From positions 11,842,001 to 11,906,000 of the forward strand of contig OX597821.1 of NCBI GenBank assembly GCA_951406725.2: DNA of 64,000 nt. The letters are read 5' to 3'. The notes beneath the pieces were generated by a model. That model saw nothing but the letters and a program-made list of their open reading frames with translations, was not told the origin of the DNA and did no database searches. Within the stretch, counting starts at the first letter, position 1, and each line of letters begins with the position of its first letter. Positions 43,840-58,175 of this stretch are shown piece after piece. Origin of the DNA: Octopus vulgaris (lineage: Eukaryota). A program made the position numbers and the translations under genes.

Positions 43840-44300
43840 ATGAGTTTAATTCGCAAACAAGATAAAAAATGGAAAACAAGACAAGTAGTATAACGAACGA
43901 CCCTTCATCAGTGGTCGGCTGTCTATCTACTCCTCATTTCGAGCATTGAATGACAATATGAATCTGCGAAGACAGTTGCTCCCATAAATACCAAAATATA
44001 ATTTTGGATTTATGGAGTGTCAGAGTTGGGAACAACAGGACAGTGGAGACATACAAGGAAACCGAACACAAACACCTGAACGAGAGTAAAATATGGAACG
44101 CTGGAGAAATATTTTCTTTGACAAGAGAGATATATAGGATATCTACAGGTTTTAGGAAAGCCCCGAAAGGAAAGAATGATGATCACGCAAGGAAAGGAAA
44201 GGTGGACGGTGGTCTTTGGGAGTAACGAGATAGAGTAAAGAGAGACCAACTGTCTTCGAAGACTCATAATGTCGTTCAATGCTTGAAATGAGTAGATCTA
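43840..44300 (-). mobile_element. Interspersed repeat (same family as 19810-20510) with a short inverted end
   Basis: 44248-44300 is an inverted copy of ~43925-43978; flanked by (TA)n. Confidence 0.7.
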
Positions 44301-44307
44301 TTTATAC

Positions 44308-44355
<48 letters not shown>

Positions 44356-44358
<3 letters not shown>

Positions 44359-44738
44359 AAGCACTCCGTCGGTTACGACGATGAGGGTTCCTGTTGATCC
44401 GAATCAACGGAACAGCCTGCTCGTGAAATTAACGTGTAAGTGGCTGAGCACTCCACAGACACGTGTACCCTTAACGTAGTTATCGGGTAGATTCAGCGTG
44501 ACACAGAGAGTGACAAGGACGGCCCTTTGAAATACAGGTACAACAGAAACAGGAAGTAAGAGTGAGAGAAAGTTGCGGTGAAAGAGTACAGCAGGGATCA
44601 CCACCATCCCCTGCCGGAGCCTCGTGGAGCTTTTAGATGTTTTCGCTCAATAAACACTCACAACGCCCGGTCTGGGAATCAAAACCGCGATCCTATGATC
44701 GCGAGTCCGCTGCCCTAACCACTGGGCCATTGCGCCTC

Positions 44739-44741
<3 letters not shown>
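44356..44741 (-). mobile_element. tRNA-derived SINE family C, full length
   Basis: Head GTGGAGGCGCAATGGCCCAGTGGTTAGGGCAGCGGAC at the right end; (TA)n on both sides. Confidence 0.88.
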
Positions 44742-44779
<38 letters not shown>

Positions 44780-44784
44780 AGAGA

Positions 44785-44819
<35 letters not shown>

Positions 44820-45279
44820 GGTGACAGAATGATAGAGAGGGAGATAAATAGTTATTGTCTGAATACTTATATTTGAAGTTATATATCGATAAATTTGAAA
44901 GGAGATTTGAATGCCACGAGAGATATTTTAATAAAAGAATATATTATTATTTTTCAGTTCTTGTTTTATTGGATATTTCAGTTTCAGAAGGCCTTCTTTA
45001 ACGATTACAATGGAACATAGTGATAGAAGAAAGTAAGAAAAAAGAAATTGAAAGATTAAAAAAATATGAAATATTAAAAAAAATAATTCAGAAACCAAAA
45101 GAGTCAATAATATCAACTGCAGTCTGTCAATCCCATAACATAAAATAAACTTTTGAGAAAATCGTCAACACATTACAGAAGAAGAAAGAAGTATCACTTG
45201 ATTTTAGTGGAATAAAAAGAGATAAACAATGCCTTTGAGAACTATTGAAAACAGCAGATATTATATATATACGTGTGTA

Positions 45280-45311
<32 letters not shown>

Positions 45312-45596
45312 TCTGTGAATGTGTAGGAGTCTTCACTTCATAAATGACAGTGCTATAACTCCTTTGTAACCGTCTTTACTAACATAATTTAAACGTTGAA
45401 TATTCGGAGTGGACGTAGGCGTTTCATGCTGTAGGAAACGAAGTCCGATATTGAAACACTTCTCTGCATAGTTCAGTCCTACTCTGTGCCATCTTGGGTA
45501 AATGGATTCTACAATCAATAACCACGGGACGACAGAATATCTAATTAGTCGATTTGGTTGCCGGAAACTGAAAGAACATAACGTGTACAAAATATC

Positions 45597-45687
45597 ACCT
45601 TGGGCAAGTGTCTTCTACTATAACCTCGGGCCGACCAAAGTCTTGTGAGTTGATTTGGTAGACGGAAACTGAAAGAAGCCCGTCGTA

Positions 45688-45730
<43 letters not shown>

Positions 45731-45928
45731 ATTTGTTTGTGTGTCTGTATTTGTCCCTCCAACATCGCTTGACAACCGATGCTGGTGTGTTTACGTCCCC
45801 GTAACTTAGCGGTTCGGCCCCAAAAAAAATAGAATAAGTACTAGGCTTCCAAAGAATAAGTACTGGGGTCGATTTGCTCGACTAACGGCGGTGCTCCTTG
45901 ACTGAATCAAATAAAAGAGTAAAAGAGT
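45597..45928 (+). mobile_element. SINE family A, 5'-truncated
   Basis: CCTTGGGCAAGTGTCTTCTACTATA...(TA)n...GCGGTGCTCC...TAAAAGAG. Confidence 0.88.
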
Positions 45929-46386
45929 ATACCCCAGTAACTTAGCGACTCGGCAAAACGAAACTATAGAATACTTATCAGAGTTTAAAAGAAGGTACCG
46001 GGATCAATTAGACAGAGTAAAACACTTTAAAGGACTCTGACGAAAGGAGAATAATTAAGAGATGAAATTTAATATTTACCCTTTCTGTCCCGGCTTTGTA
46101 TTTCCTCTACAACAACCGTTTTATATAATACACGCGAGATTCAATTATATAAATTTGATTGCAGTAACAATGCGGATTTTAATAAAACCCTCAAATTCAT
46201 ACATCACAAGGCGTCGGCTAACAAGAAAAGAAAAAAAGATAAAAAGGAAAAATATAATCTGATTTGGATGTCTGAAAGATAATATTTTCAAGATTTCATC
46301 TCTGGCTCCAGAATCTTCTTTGATTTATATACGTATGCCTACATACATAGATACATAAATACATACATACATACACACATACATAC

Positions 46387-46436
<50 letters not shown>

Positions 46437-46986
46437 AGAGAGAGAGAGAGAGAGAAAGAGAAAGATAGATACATAGATAGATAGGTAGATAGATAGATAG
46501 ATAAATAGATAGATAGATAGAAAGAAAGTTAGATAAGTAGATAAGAGATATATATTCACATATGCATATATACGTATTCACACGTATACAGAGGTTGATA
46601 GATAGACATAATTATATGCAAGTGGTTAAATGTGTTTGTGTGTGTGAATGTATTTGGGTGTGTGCATGTAAATATGTTTGTATAAAGTGTTTAGAGAAAT
46701 TGCACACCATCTATTAAGATCGAAATATTATTGAATTTAGATGGAATATTAAAAGATACGTTTTTATTAAAAATACCAATGCTGCAATTTCTCGTAAATA
46801 TCATGCATCGCAATGTTTCCAAAAAGTCTCACAGATTATGGAGTTATCTTTAAATTTTGATAGAAAAAGTCTGGGCCTTCTTTGCTTAACGGCCTACATT
46901 TTGGCATGAGTCTAGATTTTCTCGGACGCAAAAAAATGTTATAATACACACATACAAGATAACACATACACACACTGCAATACACG

Positions 46987-47058
<72 letters not shown>

Positions 47059-47896
47059 CACATGTCTATATATATGTATGTATAAGCGAATATATATATA
47101 TAGAGAGAGAGATATATATACGTATATATATATATATATATATATATATACGTATATGCATATACGTTTATACATATAAGCGCATATATATGTATAGGTG
47201 CTTGTAGTTATCGACATAAATGTATAATATTCTCCGCGCAGTAATTTTTCCGACAATATATTGATAGAGTTAAAAGCACACTTAAACACCATAAGAAGGA
47301 ATATTTAATAAAAACTATTTCAATTCTTTATTTCTGTCTTATTTATTTATTTCTTTTATCGGATAATATTTCGAACACGGGAGAGCCTTTTTCAAGACTT
47401 ACAGCGAAACAGAAATGGCGAAAGAAGAAAACGAAATCAAAAGAAAAAGAAAAACTTAAAGATAGAGGGACTAAAATATCAGCTACTGACTGTCTGTCGA
47501 ATATATATCATCAAAGGACCCTCTGAAGTTGAAATATTATCCAATAAATAATACAATACATATATATATATAATTCTGTTTTATTAAATCCGTATTGTTA
47601 TTTCTTTCGAGTATTTGTTCAACTTACTGTGTAGATCTGTATGAGAATTTGTATCTGCAGACAAACACGCACACACATACACACACACGCGCGCGCGCAC
47701 ACACACACACAAACACACACACGCACACACACACACACACACACAAGCGCATGGTCACACACACACGCGCACATAGGCACACACACTTGCACACAGACAT
47801 ACACGCACACGGCCACAATCACATACATACATGCATTAATATGTATGCATACACATATAAGTAATTATGTGTGTATATGTATATATATATGTATAT

Positions 47897-48373
47897 GGCG
47901 GCGAGCTGGTAGAAACTTTAGCGCGCCGGGTGAAATGCTTAGCGGTATTTCGTCTGTAAGGTGGCGAGCTGGCAGAAACATTAGCACGCTGGGCGAAATG
48001 CGTGGCCGTATTTCGTCTGCCGCTACGTTCTGAGTTCAAATTCCCCCGAGGTCGACTTTGCCTTTCATCCTTTCGGGGTCGATAAATTAAGTACCGGTTA
48101 CGCACTGGGGTCAATGTAATCGACTTAATATGTTTGTCTGTCCTTGTTTGTCCCCGCTGTGTTTAGCCCCTTGTGGGTAGTAAAGAAATAGGTATTTCGT
48201 CTGTCGTTACGTTCTGAGTTCAAATTCCGCCGTGGTCGACTTTGCCTTTCATCCTTTCGGGGTCGATAAATAAAAGTACCAGTTTCGCACTGGCGATCGA
48301 TGTAATCTACTTAATCCCTTTGTCTGTCCTTGTTTGTCCCCTCTATGTTTAGACCCTTGTGGGCAGTAAAGAA

Positions 48374-48375
<2 letters not shown>
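47897..48375 (+). mobile_element. SINE family B: duplicated head plus dimeric body
   Basis: Heads at 47897 and ~47960; the body repeats from GTATTTCGTCTG at ~48192. Confidence 0.88.
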
Positions 48376-48405
<30 letters not shown>

Positions 48406-48410
48406 GGATA

Positions 48411-48441
<31 letters not shown>

Positions 48442-48681
48442 GTATGTGTGTGTGTGTGTGTATGTGAGCGCGCGTGGGTGTATTTGAATAGACATAGGTT
48501 TACTGATATTAACAGGAACTGAACTCAAATCTTGAGTATATACACAATTATTATTATCATTATCCGGAAATTTTACGGACCGACTCAACGACCAAGAGTG
48601 TAGAGGTGCCTATACACCGGTAATTCTGCCACCATGCACCTACGAATTTTCGTTCACTCATATTTGAACATAAATTCTCTC

Positions 48682-48769
<88 letters not shown>

Positions 48770-48772
<3 letters not shown>

Positions 48773-49240
48773 GTAAATGATACAATATATAATTTTTTAA
48801 AATACACATTGTTTCCTTCTTTATGAACAGAGCATTTTACTCCCGACTTCCATCTGCCCGGGAGCTTGCCATTTGCAAAGAAACTCTGAAAAAGAAGTTG
48901 CACTGGATTTGCATAAGATACTTTACTTGAGAAAGATTGCTGAGAATCTATCGGATTCCGTGGCTGAGTTTGCGTCTATGCCATCTATTGCCAGTATTAC
49001 ATCCTCTTGGTGTAATCATCTCTCATTGCCCCTAAACCCCTTTCTACATTTTTAGTGGTAAACGATTCTACAGGTTTGTTAAGCTGCATGTGCAGTAAGG
49101 GTGAAATGAAAGCACTTTGATAGTCCATTCAGCGTTTCACTTCTGACAATAGGACAGCTGTGAGGTCGTCATCTCTTTAGAGGAGTGAACCTAACAAGCA
49201 AAAGAAGGAGGCAGTTTCTTTAGAATAACTAAAGCCACAC
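48770..49240 (-). mobile_element. Decayed mariner remnant
   Basis: FFANGKLPGRWKSGVKCSVHKEGNNVY resembles the mariner C-terminus (GI.KL..RW.KC....G.Y). Confidence 0.45.
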
Positions 49241-49280
49241 ACACGCACAGAAACGTGTGCGCGCGTGTCAGTGTTTTTGT

Positions 49281-49612
49281 ATAGGGAGAATTCACAAAAA
49301 TAAAAGACGAAGACAGGTGGTGTAGACAACAAACAGATTTATTTGTATAACGACCGAGAAATGAAAAAATCTTTAATATTTCGAGCCTACGCTCTCCTAC
49401 AGAAAGGAACGCAGAAAGAAATAATGAGAGAAAATAAGGAAAGAAAATAAAGAGAGGAGTGGCTGTGTGGTAAGTAGCTTGCTAACAAACCACATCGTTC
49501 CGGGTTCAGTCCCACTGCGTGGCATCTTGGTCAAGTGTCTTCTACTATAGCCCCGGGCCGTCCAATGCCTTGTGAGTGGATTTGGTAGACGGAAACTGAA
49601 AGAAGCCTGTCG

Positions 49613-49687
<75 letters not shown>

Positions 49688-49852
49688 ATATAAAGGCGGC
49701 GCTCCAGCATGGCCGCAGTCAAATGACTGAAACAAGTAAAAGAGTAAGAGTAGAGAAAATAAGGAGAGAAAATAAAGAGGGAAAATAGAAACAAAATAAA
49801 GAAAAAATAAAGAATGTGTAGTGAGTAGTAGCTAGCGATCAGTCATGGCGAA
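49281..49852 (-). mobile_element. PLE terminal repeat (same family as the 23391 end), interrupted by SINE A at 49455-49750
   Basis: AAAAGACGAAGACAGGTGGTGTA is shared with 23417-23440. Hammerhead-like rc CTTT CTGTAGG AGAGC GTAG GCTC GAAAT ATT AAAG at 49371-49406. Confidence 0.75.
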
Positions 49853-49930
49853 TGTATATCCATCCATCCATCCATCCATCCATCCATCCATACATACATA
49901 CATACATACATACATACATACATACATACA

Positions 49931-49961
<31 letters not shown>

Positions 49962-50493
49962 GCAATGGGAATTGTCGATGTTTTATTTACACGTTGAGCA
50001 TTCAACACGCATGGAGATAAGATTTTTAACTGCCCTTCTCCCTCTCACTATGTCTGTCTATGCTTATATACATAATTTTCCGATATCGACCCAACGCCAA
50101 GTCAGAAGTGTGTTGAACTGTGAATGAAGAAACATGGCTTCTTCTTTCACTTTAACTATTTTGAAATATTGTGTACCTTGAATTATGACTTGATGTGGGT
50201 GACTGAAGGTAAACATATTTTATAGGTATGCATATATGTTTTTTTACAAAATAATGAGTATACAGCTGAAGATATAGTATGGACTAAATTTAAATTTAAA
50301 TTAATTTTTAAAAATTGATTTACTTAGTTTGTACATTCAACATTAGACTAGTCATGTATTAACCACGCTAACCTGAAATTAGACTTAATTCATCTCGGCG
50401 GTCTTACATCATTTTGTATCAAGGAGGATTGTCGATGCTTTATTTAAATATTGATCATTCAACACGCATGGAGATAAGTTTTTTTACGGTTCT

Positions 50494-50592
<99 letters not shown>

Positions 50593-50739
50593 GTACACAT
50601 GCTACCGATGTATGTGCGCCAATCAGAGTTTAGGCATAAGCAATGTCTTGATCAGTTAAAATAAGTTTGCGACATATTTCAACTGCTAAAAGCCAGATTC
50701 ACTGCAGTTACCGGTGAGAGAACTTTCTCTTGTGGGAAA

Positions 50740-51180
50740 AAGATGTACAAGCTCCATATCTGTCTACTGTCATCAATCTGGATTCCCAGACATCGAGGTT
50801 TCTGGCTTGTTCGCTGGGGAATACTTAAGAGAAGTAAAGAAAATCTTTCTCTAGCGTTAGATATTTTACCCTTGTATTGGTCTAACGACCTTCAGTGTTT
50901 GTTTTTGTTCGGTTTCTTTGTATGTCTCCACTGTCCTGTTTCGTTCCCAACTTTGACCCTCCATAAATACCGAATTTTATTTTGGTATTTATGGGAGCAA
51001 CTGCATTCGAAGATTCATATTGTCGTTCAGTGCTCGAAATGAGGAGTAGAGAGACAGCCGACAACTGATGAAGGGTCGTTCTTTATGCTACTTGTCCTGT
51101 TTTCCATTTGTTTCTCGCGTTCTTTGCGTATTGAACTCATTTGTTTTCGTATTTCATATTGTTTTTTTACTCATATTGTT
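50740..51180 (+). mobile_element. Interspersed repeat (same family as 19810-20510)
   Basis: GGTATTTATGGGAGCAACTG...GCTCGAAATGAGGAGTAGA...CTGATGAAGGGTCGTT is shared. Confidence 0.7.
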
Positions 51181-52180
51181 TCATACGCATATACGAATAT
51201 ATATATGTGTGTATATATATATATATATTTGCATATATATATTATTTATATATATGTGTATATACATGTATATATATATGTGTGTGTATGTATTTATGTG
51301 TATGCATGTATGTGTGCGTATATATGTATGCATGCATACTCATATAGCTACATTACGATATTTCCCAAACGTCAAAAGTTAAAATAGAATATAATAGCGA
51401 ATTAAATTTTAGAATACAGCTAAATTAATTGTGCGTAAAATAATTGAAAACAAAAATTATTCATTAAGTGCAAAGCGTTTAACAAGTTGCTCAGTAGTCA
51501 TCTACGCAAGAGAAATATATTTTTTCATATTTGCTATATTTGAAAAACGCAGGGTTAGCCAGTTATAGAGCAGAGAAGCACTAAAGGTATGTGGGACTTT
51601 AATATACAATCGCCCAGAGTAACCAACTATAAGCGACTGGAAATCATATTTGCGATCAATGTCCCTAAACATACATTATTGATATTTCAGAACCTGATGA
51701 TCTTCACTTAGAGTTAAAGAATTAAAGCGAATTACCAACTATGCATTCTTGAAGGTGGAATTAGAAAGAATGTGGAACGTCACTGCTGAATTTATTCTTG
51801 TTGGCGGAAAGTTAAGGAGGTCCATCACAATGAGACTGCTGCAATTTTTGAGGAACTTAAATTTGTATATCATATCGGCAAGTCGATAACATTGTTTTTA
51901 GTAGCACACTAGTTCTCTATTGATCTCGGAGATAAGAATAACGTTAACTTCGGTGGTATTTCTATTCAAATTGTAATGTAATGGAATATAAGTGACAAAT
52001 AATTTTCCTCAATTTTCCGATGCACTGAAGAAATAAACGTTGAGATATGTGGTGAAGAGCACAATCAATTGTCAAACATTCAGAGATTATGGCAAGAAAC
52101 GCGATAAGGGAATGATCTCAAAAGACGAATGCAATGAAGCCATTTTGTTAGCCCGAGTATCAGTGACTGCATATGGCAAT

Positions 52181-52207
52181 GAAGAAGAAGAAGAAGAAGA
52201 AGAAGAA

Positions 52208-52240
<33 letters not shown>

Positions 52241-52364
52241 AAAGAAGAAGAAGACATAGAAGAAGAAGAAGAAGAAGAAGACGTAGAAGAAGAAGAAGAA
52301 GAAGAAGAAGAAGAAGAAGAAGAAGAAGAAGAAGAAGAAGAAGAAGAAGAAGAAGAAGAAGAAG
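52181..52364 (+). repeat. (GAA)n microsatellite
   Basis: Direct trinucleotide array. Confidence 0.97.
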
Positions 52365-52484
52365 ATATGGTTGTGATGCATGTGCCTGGTTTACTCTTAC
52401 CAGATGTGTAGTCATGATGGGTATACTGGGCTTCGTATATTTTACCCTAGAGTCACATTGATGGCATGTACTACTCTCTCACTC

Positions 52485-52518
<34 letters not shown>

Positions 52519-54570
52519 GTACCCACGTGGTTGACAAAGGGAAATATATTGCTACGAGGCAAAGATCCTGAAAAAGGAAATGGTGCATCTAACTTTAGAC
52601 CAATAACATATCTTCCGCTAATGTGGAAACTAATGTCACGTGCTTTGGCCGGTGAACTTTACAGATACTTGGAAAAAAGTGGGCTGCTACCCATTGAAAG
52701 AGTCGGGGAACGAAGGACTTGCTCTTAATTGATAATCTAAGAGAGAACATGCAAACCTGATCATAGCGTGGGTTGACTATCGCAAAGTGTACGATATGTT
52801 ACCACACTCCTGGATAATAAGAACAATGGAAATGTATGGAGTAGTAGAGAATATGAGAAGCCTTATATAGAATAGCATGAAACACTGGAAAACGGAATTG
52901 ACAGCAGGGCTGAAATTACTATGAGAGCTGAAAATAAAGTAAGGAATCTTGCAGAGGGACAGTGTGTCCCCACTAATATTCGTGCTGGGAATGATCCCCT
53001 TGAGTAGAATACTGCAGGAAACAAAGTTGGGATATGATCTGGGAAGAAGTAAAGGAAAACTATACGATTTGCTGTTCATGGAAGACATGAAGCTATTCAA
53101 CAACACTGAGGCGGGTGCATGAATAGCCTAGTTCAGTCTGTGCGAATTTTCTCCAATAATATCAAAATGAGTTTGGACTCTCAAAATATGCTACGATGGT
53201 AATGAGACGAGGAAAGTTTGCCAGGACAGAAGACATATAGCTGTGAAATGGTGAGACGATGAAAATAATCCAACCTCAATCCAGTTATAAATACCTGGGA
53301 ATACTTGATGTAGATGTAAACAAACACAATGACATGAAAAAAGGGGAAAAAGAGAGTACCTTCGGTTAGTGAGAAAAACACTGGCTTCAAGCTGAATGCC
53401 AGAAACATAATTTTGGCAATAAACTCACGTCCCAGTGAGCTACAGGAGATGGACAGGAAGTGAAGAAAACTCCTAACGATGCATTGAGCCAATCATCCAT
53501 GTTCTCCTATACAGGAAGAGAGCAACCAGAAAAAAGGGGACTGATAAGTGAGGAAGACTGTTTGTGTATCAAACTCGAGAGCTTAATGAGATACCTAGCC
53601 TGAAGTAAGGAAACCTTGCTACTGACAGTTATGAACGCGAGTGTACTGAAAGCTGAGAAAAAATGAAAAACAAAGAAAGATGAACAAAAGGGACATGAAG
53701 AACTACGCAATAAGGGACTACTCAATCAATTCAATGTAGCCAAGATAGAAAATGCTGGAAAAAATAGGTGGGATTAGCTGATAAAAGGAGCACTTAAAAC
53801 AGACCGAGAGCACTATCCTGGGAGCTCAAAACCAAGCTTTGGCCACAAACAGGATGGTCAATCTTAGGAATGAGCAAGTGGCGCCGCTGTGACGCATCTG
53901 CAATAGCGTGGATGAAATATTTGCCCATATTACGAATGAATGCCCTAGATTTGCCCAAAGCCACTACAAACTGTGGCGACACGACCAGTTAGCGAAAGCG
54001 CTACATTGGAAACTGTGCGAAATTTGGGGGCTAGAAAGAGGTAAGACGTGGTATGAGCACAAACCACAGAGACTGGTGGAGTCGGAGTCTAGCAAAACCC
54101 TCTGGGATTTTCCAGTCCAAATAGATCAGGTGCTAGAGCATAACAGAACGAACCTAGTGGTGTTGGACTAGGTGCACAATATATGCTATATAGTTGAGGT
54201 TGCATTCCGCTTTGACCCATGAATAGTCAAGAAGGAAGATAAAATAATAGACAGATATAACCCTCTCAGATATGAAATAGCCCGGCTATGGAAAATGAAG
54301 AAGGTGAAGACAGTACCAATTACTGGTGGGGCCTTGGTAACTGTATCAGAAGGCACCAAAAGGAATATAAAGGAAATTAGAATAGAGTGCCCAGTAGAAC
54401 TGTTACAATAGTTTTACGACCTTCGCGCGGCCAGAATAATCAGGGAAGTATTTCATAGCTGAAAAGAACGAATAGCATGGTACCGTAGGCTGCAGGTTGT
54501 AAGCCCACTACGCATGCAAGCCTTCAGAAGGTCCAACAAAACCAGTGAAAAAGAGAAAAAAGTAATAATG
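52519..54570 (+). mobile_element. 5'-truncated R4/Dong-like LINE pseudogene (RT, CCHC knuckle, restriction-like endonuclease) next to (AAT)n
   Basis: NFRPITYLPLMWKL, AWVDYRKVYDMLPHSW, GILQRDSVSPL, LLFMEDMKL, YKYLGI, HITNECPRFAQSHYKLWRHDQLAKALHWKLC, LWDFPVQID. Many stops. Confidence 0.9.
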
Positions 54571-55130
54571 TGCAGAAAGACTTTACTTGCCAAGAAAAGA
54601 AGGTGACCGTGGACTCTTACAAGTTGAATTGACTAAAAACATTGCCACAATTGGCCTAAACATTTACTTGAAAAACTGTGATGACAGGATGCTAAAACTT
54701 GTTTTAAAGTATGGAAACAAGAAAGCTGCATACTCAGTAACAAAACTGGCATTCCAAATGTAACAAATCCCAAAATTAGACAGATTTTAAAAAAATGTGC
54801 TCTTTGGAACTACTCATAACCTGCGAAATATATTGTCTATCTAATCCCATTTTAATCCGTGAATAGTCTCAAACGTCCGTTTAAATGTACATAATAGCAA
54901 GCAGCTATTGCTGTCATCTTCAGATCACACTATCATCTTACCAAAAATATTACTCTTACAACAAACATTCTCACGTTTTGACAGACAACAGTACTTTGTG
55001 CAAAGCCAAAAGTATGGCATCCTAGTCATAACACCAACTTAAACTCCCACCTCGCTGTCTCATGAGATCCAAGGATAAGAATTGGAGTCAACTTGTACAA
55101 ATACAAAGCAAAATCCAAACAAATATCAAC
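54570..55130 (+). mobile_element. Further R4/Dong-like 3' fragments
   Basis: KNVLFGTTHNLRNILS and a 3' UTR similar to 39380-39570. Confidence 0.65.
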
Positions 55131-55179
55131 AACAATAACGATATTAATGAAGAAGTAGGAGGGGAAGGATGAGCAAGAG

Positions 55180-55690
55180 GGGGGATTTCATTTGTGAGCC
55201 GCAGGAGCATATATAAGGGGGACATCACTAAGGGAGATAACAATGTGTGCGGGGGATTTATGTACAGTATATAGAGAAAAATGGAAAAGACGAGGAAATG
55301 CGATAAAATTATAAGGTATAAATTATGTGATAAGATGAATGATGCTGTCCTCCTAATGCAGTTGTTTTGATACAAAGAACTCTATAGATCTAGGATTAAC
55401 CTGACCACCAAAGACACAAGCTCTCTTCCCACACTTGCTCTCCAATCTATAGGCACATGGTTAGCAATTTGTACCATAGTTACCCAAATTTCCACAGAAT
55501 GTTTGGAGATAGCACCTCTTTCTTCAGCATCTTTATTCTCAGTGAAATTTAAATATGCCGATAAGAGCTTCACCGAAGAGGAAGGTGTCTTTCTTTATTC
55601 CTTTTTTGCCTCGTCTGCCGCACAACCTCTTTCACCACAGCCACTACACGGGAAAACAATACCTACCCCATCTTCTTAAAGGTGGATGAT
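55180..55690 (-). mobile_element. Possible short Tx1/L1-like non-autonomous remnant
   Basis: 5' GTGAAGAGGTTGTG also occurs in the 5' UTR of the 28711-30411 element. The 3' end loosely resembles 58840-58870. Confidence 0.3.
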
Positions 55691-56399
55691 GGGTGAGTAA
55701 CAATATTAAGCTATTAAAAAATATAACAATAGTTGTAATTAATATCATTAGCCCATTTTGCGGTGGTAATTGTTACTATTTTGTTGATGTCAATGAGGAT
55801 GAAGATCAATAATGATATTGGTATTTGAAGTTGGAAATGTGGTAGAATTGGTGATGATGACTGAGATTGTATTAGTATATTTTTCTCCAACCACGAACAA
55901 GTGACAATGAAGAGTTTCATGCAAAAAATATTGGTGAAAATGAGAAAGAACAACAGGTCAGCGTGTGAGAAAGGAATGTGATAGTCGACTAATATTTGAG
56001 CAAAAATGAAAAGATCATTAGAAGACTAAATGAAAATAGAAATATGAGAGATAAAGGGATGAACCCATATGCATGGATATAGGTGAATGAGTGTGAGCAT
56101 CTTTGAATGTGCAGATGTATGAGTGCGTGTATATGTGAGTGTGTGAGTGAGAGATAGCATATGTGTGTGTGTGTGTGACTATAAGTGGCACTTTTGTGGT
56201 ACGCTGATCAATTCTCATAAGAATATATTTTAAGGTGGGAAGAACAAGATTTGATTTGATTTCAGAGCTTGTCAGATGAAAAGCCGGTCACCCCTGCTGA
56301 CTAGAACTTGAAGTAGAAAACTGATTGGCAATTGTCAGAACTTTTATGATGGATTTAGAATTTTCAGCGGATGGAAATACGGAAGGAAAGATTCAAAAA

Positions 56400-57520
56400 A
56401 AAGAAAAAAGGAAGAGAAAAGCAAAGTGACAGGAATAAGCTCTACAATATAACGGAAGATTAAATGAATTTAGAAGAAATGCGGTACTGTTAGAATTAAA
56501 GAAAAGAAGAATCATAGACACGAAAGAGTCACTTATTAAAGAAATATTTCAAAACCCATATGTAAAAAAAAAATAATGATGTAAAACTTTTGAACATGAA
56601 AGAAGAGGAAAACATTATTTTTCGTCTTATTAGTTAAAAAGATAAAACAAACCAAAAATTTGATATTAGATTAATGAATGATATCAATAGTGAAAGCGAA
56701 AGTAGAAAGAAACTGACACAATTTTTAATTATAAAGGTGAAAAGGTATGGAAATGTAAAAGTATATTGAAAGTGCAAGTACAAGAACGGTGACATTTTGA
56801 GAAGTATTGTGGTAAACGAGGGTGAGAGAACAGCGTCAATGAGTAATCCGACAAAGGTTAGCAGTATTTTCATTCGTAATGGATGAAAGCAGAAATATAA
56901 AAACGAAAATGTAAAATTAAATATGGGGGAGGTTGAAAGGTATTTGCAATATAACGTGACTAGGTGGAAACCACGAAATGCAGATATTCATTTGAGTTAA
57001 GAAAGGAACTGTAAAAAGATGTGGAGAAAGCGGGAAACAGTATTTGAAGTTATGGTTGAATACAGTTGAAATGAGAGACGGAAATATATCATAGAAGGAG
57101 AAATTATAACAGCGTTTGATATAGAAGATGTAGTTATAGGATGTGTAAATAAATATAATTAGAAAGAAAAGAAATCGTGGCAAATAAATTCAATAGAAGA
57201 AAACTGCTGTAAAATGTACTAAAGAAGAGTTAACAATATATTGAAATGTGACGAATAATAGATGAAGGAGAAAACATATAGTTGAAAAACGAAAGAACTG
57301 ATCAAAAAGCAAAATATCAACGTTAATGCAAAGATCAGTAGAAGTAAATGGAGAGTGAGAGAGAAAGAAGAAGTGAAAGGAGTTGAAACAAGGAGAAAAT
57401 AATTAAGAATAAGAAGCGAAATCATTTCAAGTTGTGATGCAAAGAAAAACAACTTTAAAGAGACGAACTAATCAGTGGAAGCGAACAAAAGATGAGTGTG
57501 AAATTTAAACAAAACAAGAT
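56400..57520 (+). mobile_element. Highly decayed PLE-like RT relic
   Basis: A-rich coding-like strand with remnants NPTK and EGEIITAFDIED (SFDV-type RT motif). Confidence 0.35.
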
Positions 57521-57590
57521 AAACTCAACCCAATATTGGCTTATCTATTAGATAGCTTGGCAAATACAGTCCTCGTACATGTAATAGCAC

Positions 57591-57677
<87 letters not shown>

Positions 57678-57869
57678 AATCAATATATCTATCTATCTGT
57701 CTATCTGGCTGTCTGTTTATCTATCTATCCATCCATACAACCATCCGTCCATCCGTCCATCCGTCCATCCATTCATCTCTCTATCTAATTATGTATGTAT
57801 GTATGTATGTATGTATGTATGTATGTATGTATGTATCTATCTATCTGTCTAATTATCTACCTATGTAGG

Positions 57870-57904
<35 letters not shown>

Positions 57905-57909
57905 ATATG

Positions 57910-57964
<55 letters not shown>

Positions 57965-58001
57965 ATATATATATATATCTATCTATCTATCTATCTGTCT
58001 A

Positions 58002-58046
<45 letters not shown>

Positions 58047-58175
58047 TTATCTATCTATCCATCCATACAACCATCCATCCGTCCATCCATCCATTCATTC
58101 ATCTCTCTATCTAATTATGTATGTATGTATCTATCTATCTGTCTAATTATCTATCTATGTAGGTATCTATCTATC

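Noticed and set aside
50998-51080. Hammerhead in the 19810/43840/50740 family (CGAAA before CTGATGA, or a TCGAAGA core with CTGTC/GACAG stem)
   Set aside because: I could not build convincing stems II and III in either topology; it needs a family consensus.
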